64,000 nucleotides of DNA from the NCBI GenBank assembly GCA_013239625.1, contig MU054391.1:3811130-3875129 (forward strand), given 5' to 3'. Source of the stretch: Lama guanicoe (lineage: Eukaryota). The notes beneath the pieces were generated by a model. The model worked only from the letters and a program-made list of their open reading frames with translations, searched no databases and was not told the DNA's origin. The stretch's first letter is position 1. Each line of letters begins with the position of its first letter. Positions 1-13,256 of the stretch are shown one piece after another. The position numbers and the translations under genes were made by a program.

Positions 1-1339
1 TCCTCGCCAGGCGACGCCCGCGCCCACGGCTCCAGCATCCCAGCGGCCGGCTCAGCGAGGAAGGGCTCGGCCTCCCCCCTGCCGAGGGGCCCAGGACGCG
101 GCCTCCGCTCCTCTGCGGGGAGGCAGGGTGCCCGTGTCCGTGCGGGGTCGGCTTGTGCTGCCTGCCGCCCCCACAGCTCCCCAGCCAGCGGCGTCTGTCT
201 CTCCCTGCGGTGCTGTTAATCCCTTGCTGGTTACCAGCACTCAGTCAGGCACAGGGACTGGAAAGATAAATAAACAGTTCTTACTTTCAAAGAGTCTGCC
301 GTCTCACCGAGGGGAAATGCAAGCAGACCTGGGTTACTGAGGCTGTGGGAACGCCATACGCAGCGCATGGTGTGGGTGTGACAATGGGGGGGGGAGCGCT
401 GTGGCCCCCGGGCACCGAGCTGTTGCGGCGGCACCGTCTGCCAGGCTTGTCTCATCCCGCGCCGTGGGGGGCGGGGGCTCAGAGAGGTGCAGGCAGCACA
501 TCTGGTTCAGGAAGTCCACGCCACACATCTGGCAGGCAGGCAAGCTGACATTCAGACCCAGGGCCCCGCTTCCAGCTCCTTGCTCTTTGAACGCTGCTCC
601 CAGGGTCCCTCCGCAGTTGTTTGGACCTGCCTGCACGTAACAGTGGTAAACAGAGGACCCCTGATAGGCGGGAGCGACTCGGGCATCTCTGAGCACAGTT
701 TCTGGAAGTTTCTCCAGCTGTTAGCATCATCAGTAGCTGGCAGGCCTCCGGGGGAGAAAACACGAAATTCAGCCTTGCTGCTGTTTTCCGGCAGGCAGCC
801 GTGTCTCGTGGCCCCCTTCTCCTCGGCAGGAAGCTTCCGACACAACGGAGCTACCTTGGCAGACCAGCCGTGCTGCCCCCGCATCTCCGGGCCCGGGTTT
901 CAAAGAGTTGGACGGCAAAATGGAAAACGGAAGGCCAGGAACATTCTGCGGCTCTGGACACCTCCCTGCCTTCTCCTGCCCCTGGTGCAGTGGGTGCCGC
1001 TTTCCTGGGGTGCCTTGTCCCTCTGGGCAGCTTTCCAGCTCTGGGGCGCCTTCCTGGCCTGCCCTGCCCCCCTTCCAGGAGGACCCCCCGGAGCGCCAGC
1101 ACAGTGTGTCATCAGGATCTGCACCCGCCTCTTTTCCCACAGTGGGGGTCTTGATGTCGTGGACGGTCTTGGCATCCAGGAATCCGGGACAGGGAAAGAC
1201 ACGCTCTGGGTTGACTCAGACGTCGCTAGTTTAAAGTGCAAACAATTCTTTTTTTTTTTTAACTTGAGTTACTTGGTCAGATATAAACTGTGTGATGATT
1301 AACTTTGTTGTTCAGTCAGCTCTTTAAGAGGCATCCTAA

Positions 1340-1444
1340 TTTTTTTTTTTTATTGAAGTACAGTCAGTGACAGTGTGTGAATTTCTGGTGCACAGCACAG
1401 CGTCCCCGTCATGCACATACCTACAGATACTCATTTTCAGTTCT
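1340..1444 (-). mobile_element. L1 3'-terminal fragment
   Basis: Poly-T followed by attgaagtacagtcagtgacagtgtgtgaatttctggtgcacagcacag. This is the reverse complement of the L1 3' end also seen at 54830-54890 and 63300-63360. Confidence 0.7.
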
Positions 1445-1564
1445 TCGTGCTAATGAAAGACACTTGAGGTAACAGAAAATCAGCACTAAATGATCGCTGA
1501 TGAAAGTGTTCTTGATGGGGGAGAAAGAGACCAAAGTTTAAAGAAACGGAAAGCCCCATCTCCT

Positions 1565-1720
1565 TGGAGTCAGACACACGTGGGTTTGAGCCCCAGCTCC
1601 TCTGCTTACAGACGCGGATGATGGGCCGGTTCCTCACGCCCCCGCGCCTGTGTTCTCTCCCCCGTACGATGGGAGTGACTGACACCTCTTGAGGTTCTTG
1701 GGGTGGTCTAGCTGGCTGAC
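1565..1720 (+). mobile_element. MIR-like SINE remnant
   Basis: ggagtcagac...gggtttgagccccagctcctctgcttac...cctgtgttctctc resembles the MIR core, heavily diverged. Confidence 0.5.
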
Positions 1721-4477
1721 TTAGCTAGTGATCAACCCAGGGTCCTGAGACATCTGATCAGGGATTAGCTGGCATTAACAGGATGGTGAGGAATGTGTCA
1801 GCGTCTGCCTTTGTACCCTGTGTTTATTTTTCCAGCGGTTTCTCTGGCATTTTTGTGTGCTGATTTCAAGACATCTTTTTGCTATTAGATTGAGAAACAC
1901 GGCCTGTGAGTCACGGCCACTTTAACCTGGAAGAAGACCGGGCCTGTGTTCAGCGGGTGCTCGGTCAGACACTGGGGCTCTCATGTCTTTTAACACAGTA
2001 AACAAACGGATGCTCCCAGAACACAGTCTTCTGCAAAATGCGCGCAGAGGCCTGCTTACAGCATAGGACGTCCACTCCTGGGTGGCCCTCACCAGACGTG
2101 CGGGGTCCTGGTTCATAGATGCAAGCGGTGTTATGTTTAGAGTCGTGGACGTCCCCTGGGGGTGTGTCACAGCCGCTCTAATTGTGTTTTGTAAAGCCTC
2201 TCTCATCAAGTGCTTCTCTGCACAGTAGTATGTGTTTTTGGCATTTTATCAGTTTATGGCTTTCCAGTGTCCTCCGGAGACTCGGTCTAGACAAACTCCT
2301 TTATAAAAAGTAAAATAATGATTGTGTTGCTCAGGTTTTGATTCTTTTCTTTTTACACCTGTGACTGGCTGTAAGACACGTATCACCCAGACAGGCAAAC
2401 GGCGGGAACAACAGTGGCTCTTACTGAGCTGGTGCTGTGTGCTGGAAATCACGCGAGGTGCTTCCGTGTAGCTTCTTACTGTCGCAAAACCCCAGCAAGA
2501 TGGGCACCTCTGTTCTGCAGTCGCGGGAGCTGTGGCCCAGTCTCACCGTGGAACGGGCCGGCACCTCTGCCCGGAGGGCAGGGTCCAGGAGGCTGTGTGG
2601 CTTCTCCTCGTGCTGCGCCCAGCCCCAAACAGGACTTCCATTTCCAGTTACCTCCCAGCTGAGGACAGTCACTCACTGTAAAGGGTACAGCACCCCACTA
2701 ATCCACAGCACTGACTCCCCAGACGTGTGTGCGGGTGCAGGCCTGATGGAGGCTCCGTGCGACCCCCGCTCTTCCTCTGCCCCTCCCTCGTTCTGGGGAG
2801 CAGGCGTGTTGGTTTTGACGTTTGCCTCTGAAACCTCTGTCATTTTAGGCCTTAAAGGGGCATCCTTGCTTGGTTCTCTGGAGCTCAATCCATCATCATG
2901 GCATTGACGACACACAGATGATCTGAGAAAGATCTAAGTTCAGGGCCTCCCGGGAGCCTGGGCAGGACAGAGGGGTACAGGCAGGGCCCCGGATCGGAGG
3001 CCCCGACGCTGCAGGGGCCCCATGATGTCGGAGCATCTGTTCAGTGCTCCTGACAAAGCGATGGGAAATGGGTCCGTTTGAGGGTGATCTTGGTTTTTGT
3101 TTTTTAAAGGAATTGCCGTCTAGAGCCTTTAGTGAATGAAATATCCTGGTTTGCTAGAGCAGTGAGAATTACACGTTTAGATCGCGTCGTGATGTACAGG
3201 TGGAGCGTACGCTATTTTCCACGTTGTCTTCTAGACTCTTCCTCTTGTGTAACATTCGTAGGACCCGACGGTTCGTAGAACCTCCCTGAGCTGCAGATCG
3301 GGAGAGCGAGGCTGGCAGAGAGAGGGGCAGACTTGTGCTCGGCGCCGGCTCACTCGCTCCTGACCGCCGTGCGTTCTTATAATGAGATGTGCTGTGCATC
3401 TTGGGGGCTGAAGAGCCTTGGCAAACAGCTCACTGCTTTCCGTGGTGCGTTGTTCTGACGCTCAGGTTACAGCAGGGCGATTCTGTTGGTGTTGTGACCC
3501 CGGCGTGTGCGGGGGATGCGGCTGAAACTGGGCTGAGAGATGCTGGTGGGATGTTTTACTTCGCTGGCCTTTCACGGGCAGGGCTGGTTGCTGTGCTCCT
3601 CGAGTTCTGACGTGAGCATGTCAGAGTCTGTCTCAGGCTGGTTTGGGAGCGAGCGTACCTGGGAAAGGCCATCACCTTTCTTTCCTTTGTTTACTGTGTG
3701 CGTTTCAAGGAAGCACAGGGTTTCCAAGATTGGTGGGCAGTGAAGTCGGCCGTGTGAAAGGCCGCCTCGCTTTGGTGTGAACTCAGCTTTGTGTCTCCCA
3801 CGGATCTGTCTGAGTTACTTCAGGTGTTCAGCCGTGTCCCCAGGGGGGGGAAGGGTGGGAGTATGCGTTTGCCTTGTGAGTGAGGGGTCGCTGAAGGGGA
3901 TGGGCGTGTGCACCTGGGTCCTGCGTGCGGCATGCAGGGGCATCTCTGAGTCAGGCGAGGCTGCCCTGGGATCTGGGCTCCACCCTTGCTGTCTGGGCCA
4001 GCTGGCAAGTTCCTTCTTGGTGGTGACCCAGTTCTCACATGTGGATGATCGTCCTTTCCTGCAAGAATGTCTTAAGGAGCACATGAAGCAGAGGAATGGA
4101 GACGACCGGGTTCAGAGCCCACCATCTGCTGCGTGTTCAAGGGGCACGGCTTCCCGGCCTCCCCTGCGGGCTCTGTGCGTCCCGCTGGGCTCACTGGCCT
4201 GGCGTTGGCTGAGGTCGTGCTCAGGGATGCAACCCACATCTTTAGTCCTGGTGCAGAAGAGGTACCCCGCAAATACTTGCTGAGTGAATCAAACCCCTAA
4301 TTTGGGGGCTGCTATGGCTACACAGCAAAGATACAAAAACCAGACTGGAACAATGTGCTTGATTTGACTTTAAAAAAATTTTTTTAATGCATCACTGCTC
4401 CTTCAGCCTTAAGGAAGTAAAGATGTTTAAAGATACTTCTCTTTTTTTCTCTCTCTCTCTCTCTCTTTTTCCCCCAG

Positions 4478-4582
4478 TGCCTGAAACAGTATGTGGAGCT
4501 CTTGATCAAAGAAGGATTGGAGACTGCAATCAGCTGCCCGGATGCCGCCTGCCCTAGGCAGGGCCACCTGCAGGAGAACGAG
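4478..4582 (+). CDS. RNF144A: RNF144A coding exon (C-terminal half of RING1): CLKQYVELLIKEGLETAISCPDAACPRQGHLQENE
   Basis: (CT)n/T tract plus cccccag acceptor ending 4477. The 105-nt exon matches RNF144A residues ~46-80 as recalled. The donor is GAG|gcacgt (GC type), the only nearby donor keeping frame with the next exon. Confidence 0.95.
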
Positions 4583-4717
4583 GCACGTGCCGCTGGAGGA
4601 GTGGGCTTTGAGTGCTCCCGTGCGGTGTCGGGGGTCGTGGGGTCTGCCCAGGGTGACTGGGCATGGTGTTCTTGCCCTCAGAGATTCATACTCCTTTCTT
4701 CTATTTTTTCCCCTTAG

Positions 4718-4778
4718 ATTGAGTGCATGGTTGCAGCCGAAATTATGCAAAGATACAAAAAGCTACAATTTGAAAGAG
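4718..4778 (+). CDS. RNF144A: RNF144A coding exon (RING1-IBR linker): IECMVAAEIMQRYKKLQFER+G
   Basis: Acceptor ttttttccccttag|ATT and donor AGAG|gtaggt. 61 nt, ending in phase 1 and joining AG of the next exon to give Glu. Confidence 0.96.
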
Positions 4779-7700
4779 GTAGGTGACCTGGTGTAGGAGT
4801 CAGTTCTGGTTCCAGTTCCTGTGACGGAATCCGAGTCCCCTGGGCAAGTGCTTTTGGTGGCTACGATTGCACATCATTTGGCTACAGCAGAAGTGAAGAC
4901 AACGATGTAAACTAGGCTTCTGAAGTCGGGCTGTCACGCGAGTTCTCTGCGGAGCCCGTTTGGAAGGCCTCTCTGCTGGGGACCCGGGGTAGCAGGAAGG
5001 ATGCATAAAACAAGTTGAGTTTGGAATTTGGGCTTAGGGGGTGGTTTAAAGAGACCCTCTTGGGGATTATTCATCGGCCAGGTTGAGGCTTAAGAGTTTG
5101 AGGACTAGCTCTTAGGACTTCACAGAATTTGAAAGATTCAAAGGCATGGTGGAGGTTCCCAGGCCAAGCTTGGTGGACAATGCCTACCATCCTGACTGCA
5201 TGTCCGCTACCCTCTCTGTCCACCCGAGCAGGCCTAGACCAGGCGGTGCTGAGCCCACAGCTCACTAAGACTCGTGACAGCCCGACAGTCTATTACCCTG
5301 ACACCCGCAGAGGCTAACTGGTGCGCCCTGATCTCCATCTTTAGTGGGTGGTGGGGTGAGGTGTGGACTGGGCCCCCCGCATCTGATTTCCCAGGTGCAC
5401 AGAGCACTGCAGACGTCACGGTCAAGACGGCCTCACAGAGCACTGGCACCCGAGGACTGTCCCGGGCAGGTCTCTCTCTCTCTGCTCTCCCAAGTGTGCC
5501 GGGAGCAGGCTGTCGGAAGAGTCTGTGGATTCTGACCGGCCTTGTTCTCATATACATTCTGGACCGTGGGCTCATCTGAAAGGAAGCAGAATAACACACA
5601 TACATGACGCTCCTTGTGGGAAGTTTTGTGAAGATACTCCATCTGGATTCTAAAATTTTCAGCTTGCCTTGTGATCACTGAAGTCTACCCTCCCCTCTTC
5701 CCGGACTGGTTCTCAGTACTCCCCTGGGTCTGGCATTTATCAGACATGCAACCCTGTGCAACCCTGGGCTGCGTGTTTACAGGAAAACCCCATCAGGGTA
5801 GGGATGGAATGCGAAATAGACCAGAGGAAAGGGTCCAGAGACTCTGGGTTTAGCTGAATGTTCAGTTTTCTTTTTCTTTTTTTCTTTTTTTAAAAAGAAA
5901 TGCTAAAGATAGCTGCATTTCCTCTTGAGGCTCACTTCTCAGGAAAAAAAAAAGCAATGCATTGCCGACTTAAAAAGAAAAATCAAACAGGATTTTTTAT
6001 GGCATTGGAATTTGTTTTCAAGAGCTTATTTATTTAAATGCCCTAAATCATTTGGTTTGGGGCAGTTTGTAGCTGAAATATGATACCGTGTGATAGGAGA
6101 GTCAGTGTGTGGAGCTATAAAATTGATTAATTTGGATTTCTGAGACTTTGAGCCTCTTCTGAAAACATTTTCCACAGAGAATCTTGACAGAATCTGGCTG
6201 TTATTTGGGTTACAAGAAAATGAACTTTCTATGACATTGAATTTAAAAATGCAGCTGGGTAAATGTTCTTACCCAATGATTTTAACTTGTTATTTCTTCA
6301 GTACTTTGGCTTTAGTCAAAGAAGGTTTTTTTTTTTCTTTTGCATAATAATGAAGCCAACTTGACTTAGGTTAAAAAAATACCTCTCAAACCTGTCACTT
6401 TAAAACATTTTGCTAACATTATGCTAAAAGCAACAAAAAACACAAAATAGGACTCAGACTTTAATGAGACCAAAGAAATGTTAAAATGTTAGAGCTGAAG
6501 CACAGCCATTGATTTCAGTTAGTCACGGAGCAAATTGTGAGACAGGATCACTGAAGCATGTTTTGACTTGCTCCTCAAAGGACCAACCGTGTTTAAGAAA
6601 GAAAAGCCCTTTTTAAAGAGTCCTGGGCTGTTTGATACCTAGGGCTGTTAGGGCCCTGCTTCATTCATCTACTGTGAATAGATCTTTGGGAGGTGGGAGC
6701 CAAGGTTAGTGTCCCAGAAACACTGCCTTGTTTGAAAATATATTCAAATATGTGCATATACGAATGCTAGATACAATACTTATAATACATCACAGTGTGT
6801 AAGATACAGTGTACCTAATGTGTAGTATAAGATACATACGTGACAGACAGACAGACAGGCAGAGATAGATGTGCAAACGTACATCCTGGAAAGGAAAACT
6901 CCGATGTTGCCCGGTGTGGATTTTCTTATTGACGGAGTCCCGCCTTGCACACCAGCTGGCAGGATTCAGCAGCGGGGTGCTGCTGTGGAGTCTTAAAGAC
7001 GTCCTCGAGCACCGCCCGGGCTCTGTTAACTGCGGGGGGGGGAGATACATGCGGGCAGCTGGGGGAGGCTGTCCTGGGCTGGCAGAAGGGTGGGCCGGAG
7101 GCTTTGCCCTCTGCCTCTCCCATGGGGGATCTCTCCCGTGGGGACGGGCGGTGCCACGTAGCAGCTCCACGAGGACGCAGGTCACACAGTTTAGGTCGTT
7201 ACCGTGGAGACCTGAATGAGGTCTCCTCTGCCCTGCGCTGCAAAATTGGGCCTCCCACGGTCGGCAGCCCACCAGCTACACGTGCTGTTCTAGGAGGAGC
7301 GGACGGGCGACGGCGCTGGGCCTGGGAAAGGCAGGAGGGGGCCTTGGGAAAGCTGGTCCTTTCCTGATGTCACAGGCTCCTCAGTGCAGAAGGAAGGGGG
7401 GCGAGCAGTGGGAACGGAAGGGTCTCAGCTGGGCAGGGCTGTCCCGTTAGGCGTGCAGATGGACGAGCGCTGAACTCCCTGTCCAGCTGGCGAGGAAGCG
7501 GACCTGCTGCGGGTGTCCGCACGGCTCGCACCTGTTTGCACGCCGAGCGCCCACATCCTGCAGAGCCGTCCCGGGGTGCCGAGCACACTGGGGCCCTGCT
7601 GAAGCCGGGGCGCAGCCGGGCTCTCCCTTCGCACACCCGCCCGGAGGCAGGGCCAGCAGAGAAACCCCTGAGGAGCAGAAGCAGATGGCGGAGGGGGAGG

Positions 7701-8183
7701 GCTGCCAGGGAAAAGGCACAGGACGGCCGGGGGACCGGCCTCTGGCGTTTCCTCCCAACGCTGGGCTCTTCCCAGTGCCCTGGAAGGACCCCGTGCCCCG
7801 GCCGCCCCTGCAGCCCCCCTCCGCCTTTCTCCTGCCCCCTCAGCTCGGGGAGCCACAGGGAGCTGTCCCCACACGTGTGCCTCTGAGGCCACAGCTGCAT
7901 TTTCCCACAAAACCACCTCCTCGGGTCTGACAGCCAGGAACATTCTCAGAAAACCAAACACTGTGACTCTCGACTCAGGACAAGAACTCCTTTTCCTCAT
8001 TCACTCTCCGTTAGGCTCATGGGAAAGATTCTAGATTGCTACCATGAAAGTCAATTTAAAAGTATCAGATTTTTCTGAATGCCAGACTTCCTGTGTATTC
8101 TCAAGTCTTCTAAACCTTCTGCCAGATCCACCACTCTGATACTTTTGTGCTATTGATTAATTTGCCTTAAAAAGAGATTAGAT

Positions 8184-8370
8184 CAGAAGTTGGCCAACCA
8201 TGGCCAGTGGGCCAGGCAGCCCGGCCCCCGGCCTGGCATTGTAAATAAAGTTTTACGAGAACAGTCATTTACAGGTCAACACGCTGCCTTTGCGCCGTGA
8301 CAGCGGGACTGAGCAGTTGGACAGAGACCTCATGGCCCTCAAAGGCTGAGGTGCCCACCGTCAGCCCCTG
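8184..8370 (+). mobile_element. MER58A-like hAT-Charlie MITE
   Basis: cagaagttggccaaccatggcc...tgtaaataaagtttta...gacagagacctcatggccc...cccctg follows the MER58A consensus as recalled. Confidence 0.7.
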
Positions 8371-9530
8371 GACTAGACGAGGAGATGCTTTTGGTCAGGT
8401 TGTACCTGATTCGAGCTGGTTCGCAGAGGGCTGAGTCTGACTCCGCCTCTGATGGGGCCTGTTGAGGTGTGGCCTGGCCCAACGGCAGCCCGTGGCAGCC
8501 CCAGCCTGTTGGAGGTCCCAGTGCCTACAAAGCCCATCTCCACGCGGGTGAGCCGACCCAGCCTGGCTGTCGCAGGGCCTAGAAGCCTGCCGGCATCTTT
8601 TACGGCTTCCAAGTTCCCGGTGCGGTGCAGCTGATTCCTTCTCAAGAGCGACCCTGCTGAACAGCGTAGATTCAGCGGCCAGCTTGGATGCCCCTGGAAC
8701 ACCCCGTGATCCTCTGGCCTCCACCGTGGTCTGGGGCCACGTCAGCACCCGTGGGGTTTCCTGTCCGTCTCTCCCGCCCGTGGCCCAGCATTGAGAATCC
8801 TGTCGTGGAAGAGAGTCCACGGAGCCAGTAACCAGGCTCACGAGAAGGGCAGCTCGGGACCGTTGTTCAAAGAAACGCGAGGCGTGAAGGCAGATGTGAA
8901 GGCGTGGGAGTGTCATGGCATCCTGTTAGTCAGAATGAACCTCCTAATTTCATTAAATCTGGCTTCTTAGTAATGGAAGCCCCGCTTCAGAGGGAAAGCC
9001 TGCTGCTGAGGAATGAGTTTCCCACAGTCCTCTGTTCAGGGCTTAGATTTAAATTTGGGAGGGAGACAGTCGTAGGCGGGCGAGACCTCTGATGAGAACA
9101 GCCGGCACCCTGTTCTTCTTCTCTTTCCATCCTTAACGCACGTTTGGGAGCGCCCGCCGCTGCCCCGCCCCGGGCCCGGTGGGGGGGCTCCAGGCCTGCA
9201 GATGGGCCCGACCGCGCGGAGCTGCGGCCCAGGGCAGGCAGGCGAGGAGGCAGGAGGCAGTGCCTGGACCGCCAGGCCTCCAGGATGCGGGCGCGCGAGC
9301 CGCAAGGACTCGGGGGCTGTTTGGGGACCTGGGTGGGGCGGGCAGTGGGGACTGGCTGGAGCAGAGGAAAGAGCCCAGCGGCCCCAGGTCCCCACGGGTG
9401 TCCTTTGTCTGGTCTGGATGGTCTGTTCTCCCTTAAGTATGTGAAGCCGTGCGCCCGCATGACCGTCAGTCCGAAGCCTGCCAGACCCTGTCCTGCAGTC
9501 TGACCTGCCCATTTTTTCTCCTTGTGCCAG

Positions 9531-9738
9531 AGGTGCTCCTGGACCCGTGCCGGACTTGGTGCCCAGCGTCCACCTGCCAGGCCGTGTGCCAGCTGCAGGA
9601 GATGGGGCTGCAGACCCCGCAGCTGGTGCAGTGCAAAGCCTGCGACACGGAATTCTGCTCCGCCTGCAAAGCCAGCTGGCACCCCGGCCAAGGCTGCCCT
9701 GAGACCATGCCAGTCACCTTCCTTCCCGGGGAGACCAG
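9531..9738 (+). CDS. RNF144A: RNF144A coding exon (IBR domain): (E)VLLDPCRTWCPASTCQAVC...CKAC...FCSACKASWHPGQGCPETMPVTFLPGET
   Basis: Acceptor ttttttctccttgtgccag|AG and donor ACCAG|gtatgc. 208 nt, phase 1 to phase 2, with the C6HC IBR ligand pattern. Lies inside ORF 9449..9889. Confidence 0.97.
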
Positions 9739-12700
9739 GTATGCTCAGCGCCCGGGCTGCCGCGGAGGCGGGGCTGAGGGCTGGAGAGGAAGCAGGCTAC
9801 CCCCAAAGGTGCCTCCGTCCGCCTCAGCAGACGCTCTCCTCTTGAACCTCATTCAGACCTGGGTTGGTTTGTTTGTTATTTATTTTTGAGAACTGATTAT
9901 GTGCCTGGCACTGTACAAGGCTCTGGAAACATAAAGATACGTAAGAAGCTGGGTGCGCTCTGCCTATCGAGAAAGATCCACGTACGAACGGTCAGTTACT
10001 ATGCACAGGTGTAAGTCCCTGTGATGCGTGGAGTTTTCCAAGGCTGTTGAAGGTGATCTGGAATCGGGGTGCAGGAGCAGGAACCCGGGGAGGTGGGCAG
10101 TGGTTAGAACACAAGGAGGATCGCCAGACGCAGGTCCCGGGGGCCTGAGGCCGGGTGGGGACCTGTCAGGAAGGTTGTGGGAAATCACTGCAGCAACTGC
10201 GCCCCCCGTCTCCCTGCCAGACCCTCAGGCTGGATGCCCAGGTGAACACTGCGCATCCTTCTGGGTGCCTTGAAACTTGGTAGGTTGAGCTGAAGAAATT
10301 GGTAATATTCAGTTTTTCTGTCCTACAATATCTGCAGGGCGTCTGGCTCAATTAGACGGAGGTGTCCCAGCGCCTGTTGAGGTGACATTCCTGGAAAAAG
10401 ACCTCCCACCACCCACCCAAAGGGCCGCCCGCGGCAGCCTGTCTCCTCTGCCCGCATCCTGCTGCCCCCGCCCCACTCCCCGCAGCTCAGCCTGTGCACA
10501 GGGACCTTCTTGGCGACCTCGGGACACATCCCTGTTCCCCCTCGTTCCGGCTTTGTGCCTGTGCCTGAAATGTCCCTTCTCCGCCCTCCTGCTTTCCCTG
10601 GAGACTCCTTGCCCTTGAAGACGTGGCTCACGCCCCCGCCTTTGTCAAGCTTCCCAGTTCCCAGGGCCGGGCTGGTGACCCACCCTCTGTGTCCCGCCGG
10701 AGACCGCCTGTGTTGACGACAACACCAGCCTGGCGGGGTGTTAAGTGTCCGGTTCCTCCACCAGGCTGGGCTCCTGTGTTTGAACGCTGACAGCCCAGAT
10801 CTGGGCTTACAGCAGGCGCTCAAATGCTAGAATGATCACTTAACTTATACTCAGGGTCTTGATCCTTCACAATTTGCGAGAAGTACCACACTCCGTGTGT
10901 CGGGTCACACATAACTGGGAGGGCTGGGTTTCCAGGCGGGGGCAGGAGCACTTGTGAAGCAGTCGGGTTACTGCTAAGGGGAGCCCCCGTGAAGCAAGGG
11001 AGGGGCTCCTACCTGCTGAGAAACAGGGAAGCTAGGAGTCAGAAAGAGCCAGCGTCCCACTCCTGGGTGGGACGGTGGAGGGACCCATAAAACCTTACGT
11101 GCTGGTGCCTAGGGAGTTAGTATTTCTTCATCCAAGGTGTCCTGGCCTCATGTAGGTCCCTGCTCAAGGGCGGCAGTTATGTCATAACGTACGCGTGGTT
11201 AAATCATCCGTGATGCACCTCAGAAAGAACAAGAGCAAACAAAATGAAAAAAAAATCAGGTTGTGTGCTAAGAAACAGAAGGGCAATTTCTGTACAAGTT
11301 CACAAATCTCATTTTGTGAAAATTTAAAAACAAAAGATTTGGCATAAAAATCCTGAATTTCTAGCTTATCCAGCTGCACGGAGATGCGTTCCCACCTGCA
11401 GACAGTCGGCTGGAGCTGGCAGCAGCCCCCTTTTTAGAAGAGCTTTCTGCATCTTTATTTTGCCACAGTCCTCACCACTCCCTCTTGTCTCCCTGGTCCT
11501 GAGGCTGACTGTCCAGTGTCACTTATAACTAACTGAGCGCACCCTCAGCTAGTATCATACAGTAAGTGTTTTTCCTCTAAGTTAAATCTTCCCTTAACCT
11601 CTGTTTCCACCCTTCAGCTGACCAGCTTCATGCATTTCTGTTGTGTATTTGCTCCTTAAAGACGTTAGAACTTGTAGGTTGTGATGAAATGGTCAAAGGA
11701 CTCCTACCTGCCTTCACAAATTAGAGCTGACAGAGTTGTTACTAATCATCATTTGAAATTTAATCCAGGTACCAGGAAGTGTTTGAAAACCATTGTCTCT
11801 ACCATATAAATTTCATGCCACAGTGCACCAGAACTTCCATATTTTAACTGTCTCTGCTTGAAAAGTCTCCCTGACAGACGCTTTTCACTGTCCACTGCCG
11901 CTGCATCTGCTCACGGCCTTTCCTTCAAAATTAGCTTGTGAGTCATGTGGGAAAATTGGTTTCCTTATTTTAAGGTCCCACCTGGCTTTCGAACCACAAC
12001 GATGTTATCTAACCTGATAGTCGGCCTCAGTCACGGGACTGGTGCCTCCTGACTTCGGCTCTTGTTAGAGGTCAGACTCCTTTCAGGGGGACGTGGCTTG
12101 TGTCTGTAGGGGAGTGGCCTTGTGCCCTTCCCCGTGGAGACACCTTGCATGGGTTGTGACAACCCCGACTTGTAAATCACATTCTGTGCGGCCAGGCTGG
12201 CCTGCTGTTTGCTGCTAAATTAGAGGTGAGTTTGAACAAGAGACAGTTTTATAATCTTTCAGTAACAGCATCAGTCAGGACCAGCACTTAGGGAGTGATT
12301 CCTGCACACGCGCTGCTGTCTGCTGTTTTCATAGCCCCTCTGAGCCGGGCGCGGTTTGCCTGGTATCTGGGGACACGGAGGCTGACAATACGCACGCAGC
12401 GTGGCCTGGACCCACATGTCTGACTCCAGACGCCCCAACTCCGAGGCCGCACTGCAGGGTCTTAACCGGTCACCTTGTGCCGGAGAGCGAAACAGAGCCC
12501 CGCCGAGCTGGGGCACACGCCTCGCGGGCCGGAGCCTGGCACTCCGGGAACCCCGGGGGTGTGGTCGGCGGGAAGCCCTCTAGCGCTCAGACGACGCGTG
12601 TAAAGGGGTGCTGGGTCTATCCCTTCCGTTCACTGTGGCGCTTGTGGAAGGTCCTTCAGCCCGAATGCACTCGAAAAGCCAGAGTTGGGGCAGCCACAGT

Positions 12701-13225
12701 GAATTTACACTCTTGAATGCATGAGGTTCTGAAAAGCCTGCTCACCCCAATGGGAAGTCATTTTTCTCCTGGAGACACTGAGTGGATGCAGTGAGTTCAA
12801 ACAACATAGCAAATGTGCCCCATAATTAGCGATAACTGCTCTTCACCGCTGCTTCTTCCAGATGATTCCGTGCACATTTTTAGCTGTCTCTTTAGAATTA
12901 ACAGCATGGGATGGACGTCCTTCTGCAGGCATACCTAAAATGGTGCCTAGGTCACCATTTCATGAGCCGCAGAGAATCACTGCTACCGTTTATTTGGCAC
13001 TTGGCTCATGCCTGGTACTGCCCTGCGCTCTTCATCCGAACCATCCTTCACACTCCCACTGACGGGGAAGCTGAGGCCCAGAGAGGTTGCTCCACGCCGG
13101 TGCGCACCAGCACTTGACCCCAGGCTTAAACCCCGCCACGCTCAGCACAGTGGGGCCTGCCCAGACCTCTCGGGAAAATGAGTTCGTAAAGACAAGCCAT
13201 GTAGGTCTTACTGAGCGATTGGTAC

Positions 13226-13253
<28 letters not shown>
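13226..13253. repeat. (GT)n microsatellite
   Basis: About 14 perfect GT units. Confidence 0.95.

Positions 13254-13256
<3 letters not shown>

Noticed and set aside
487..1302. 271-aa ORF, like 22189..23031 (280 aa), 35099..35881 (260 aa) and 8987..9691 (234 aa)
   Set aside because: No recognisable domain; the composition is Pro/Gly/Arg/Ala/Ser-rich as expected for GC-rich non-coding DNA, and several use non-ATG starts. 8987..9691 is partly the antisense of the IBR exon.
1..4477. First coding exon or promoter of RNF144A
   Set aside because: The N-terminal RING1 peptide (…SCKLCLGEY…) does not appear in the ORF track or on my reading. The CpG-rich start is no denser than other intronic stretches, so this is treated as intron.
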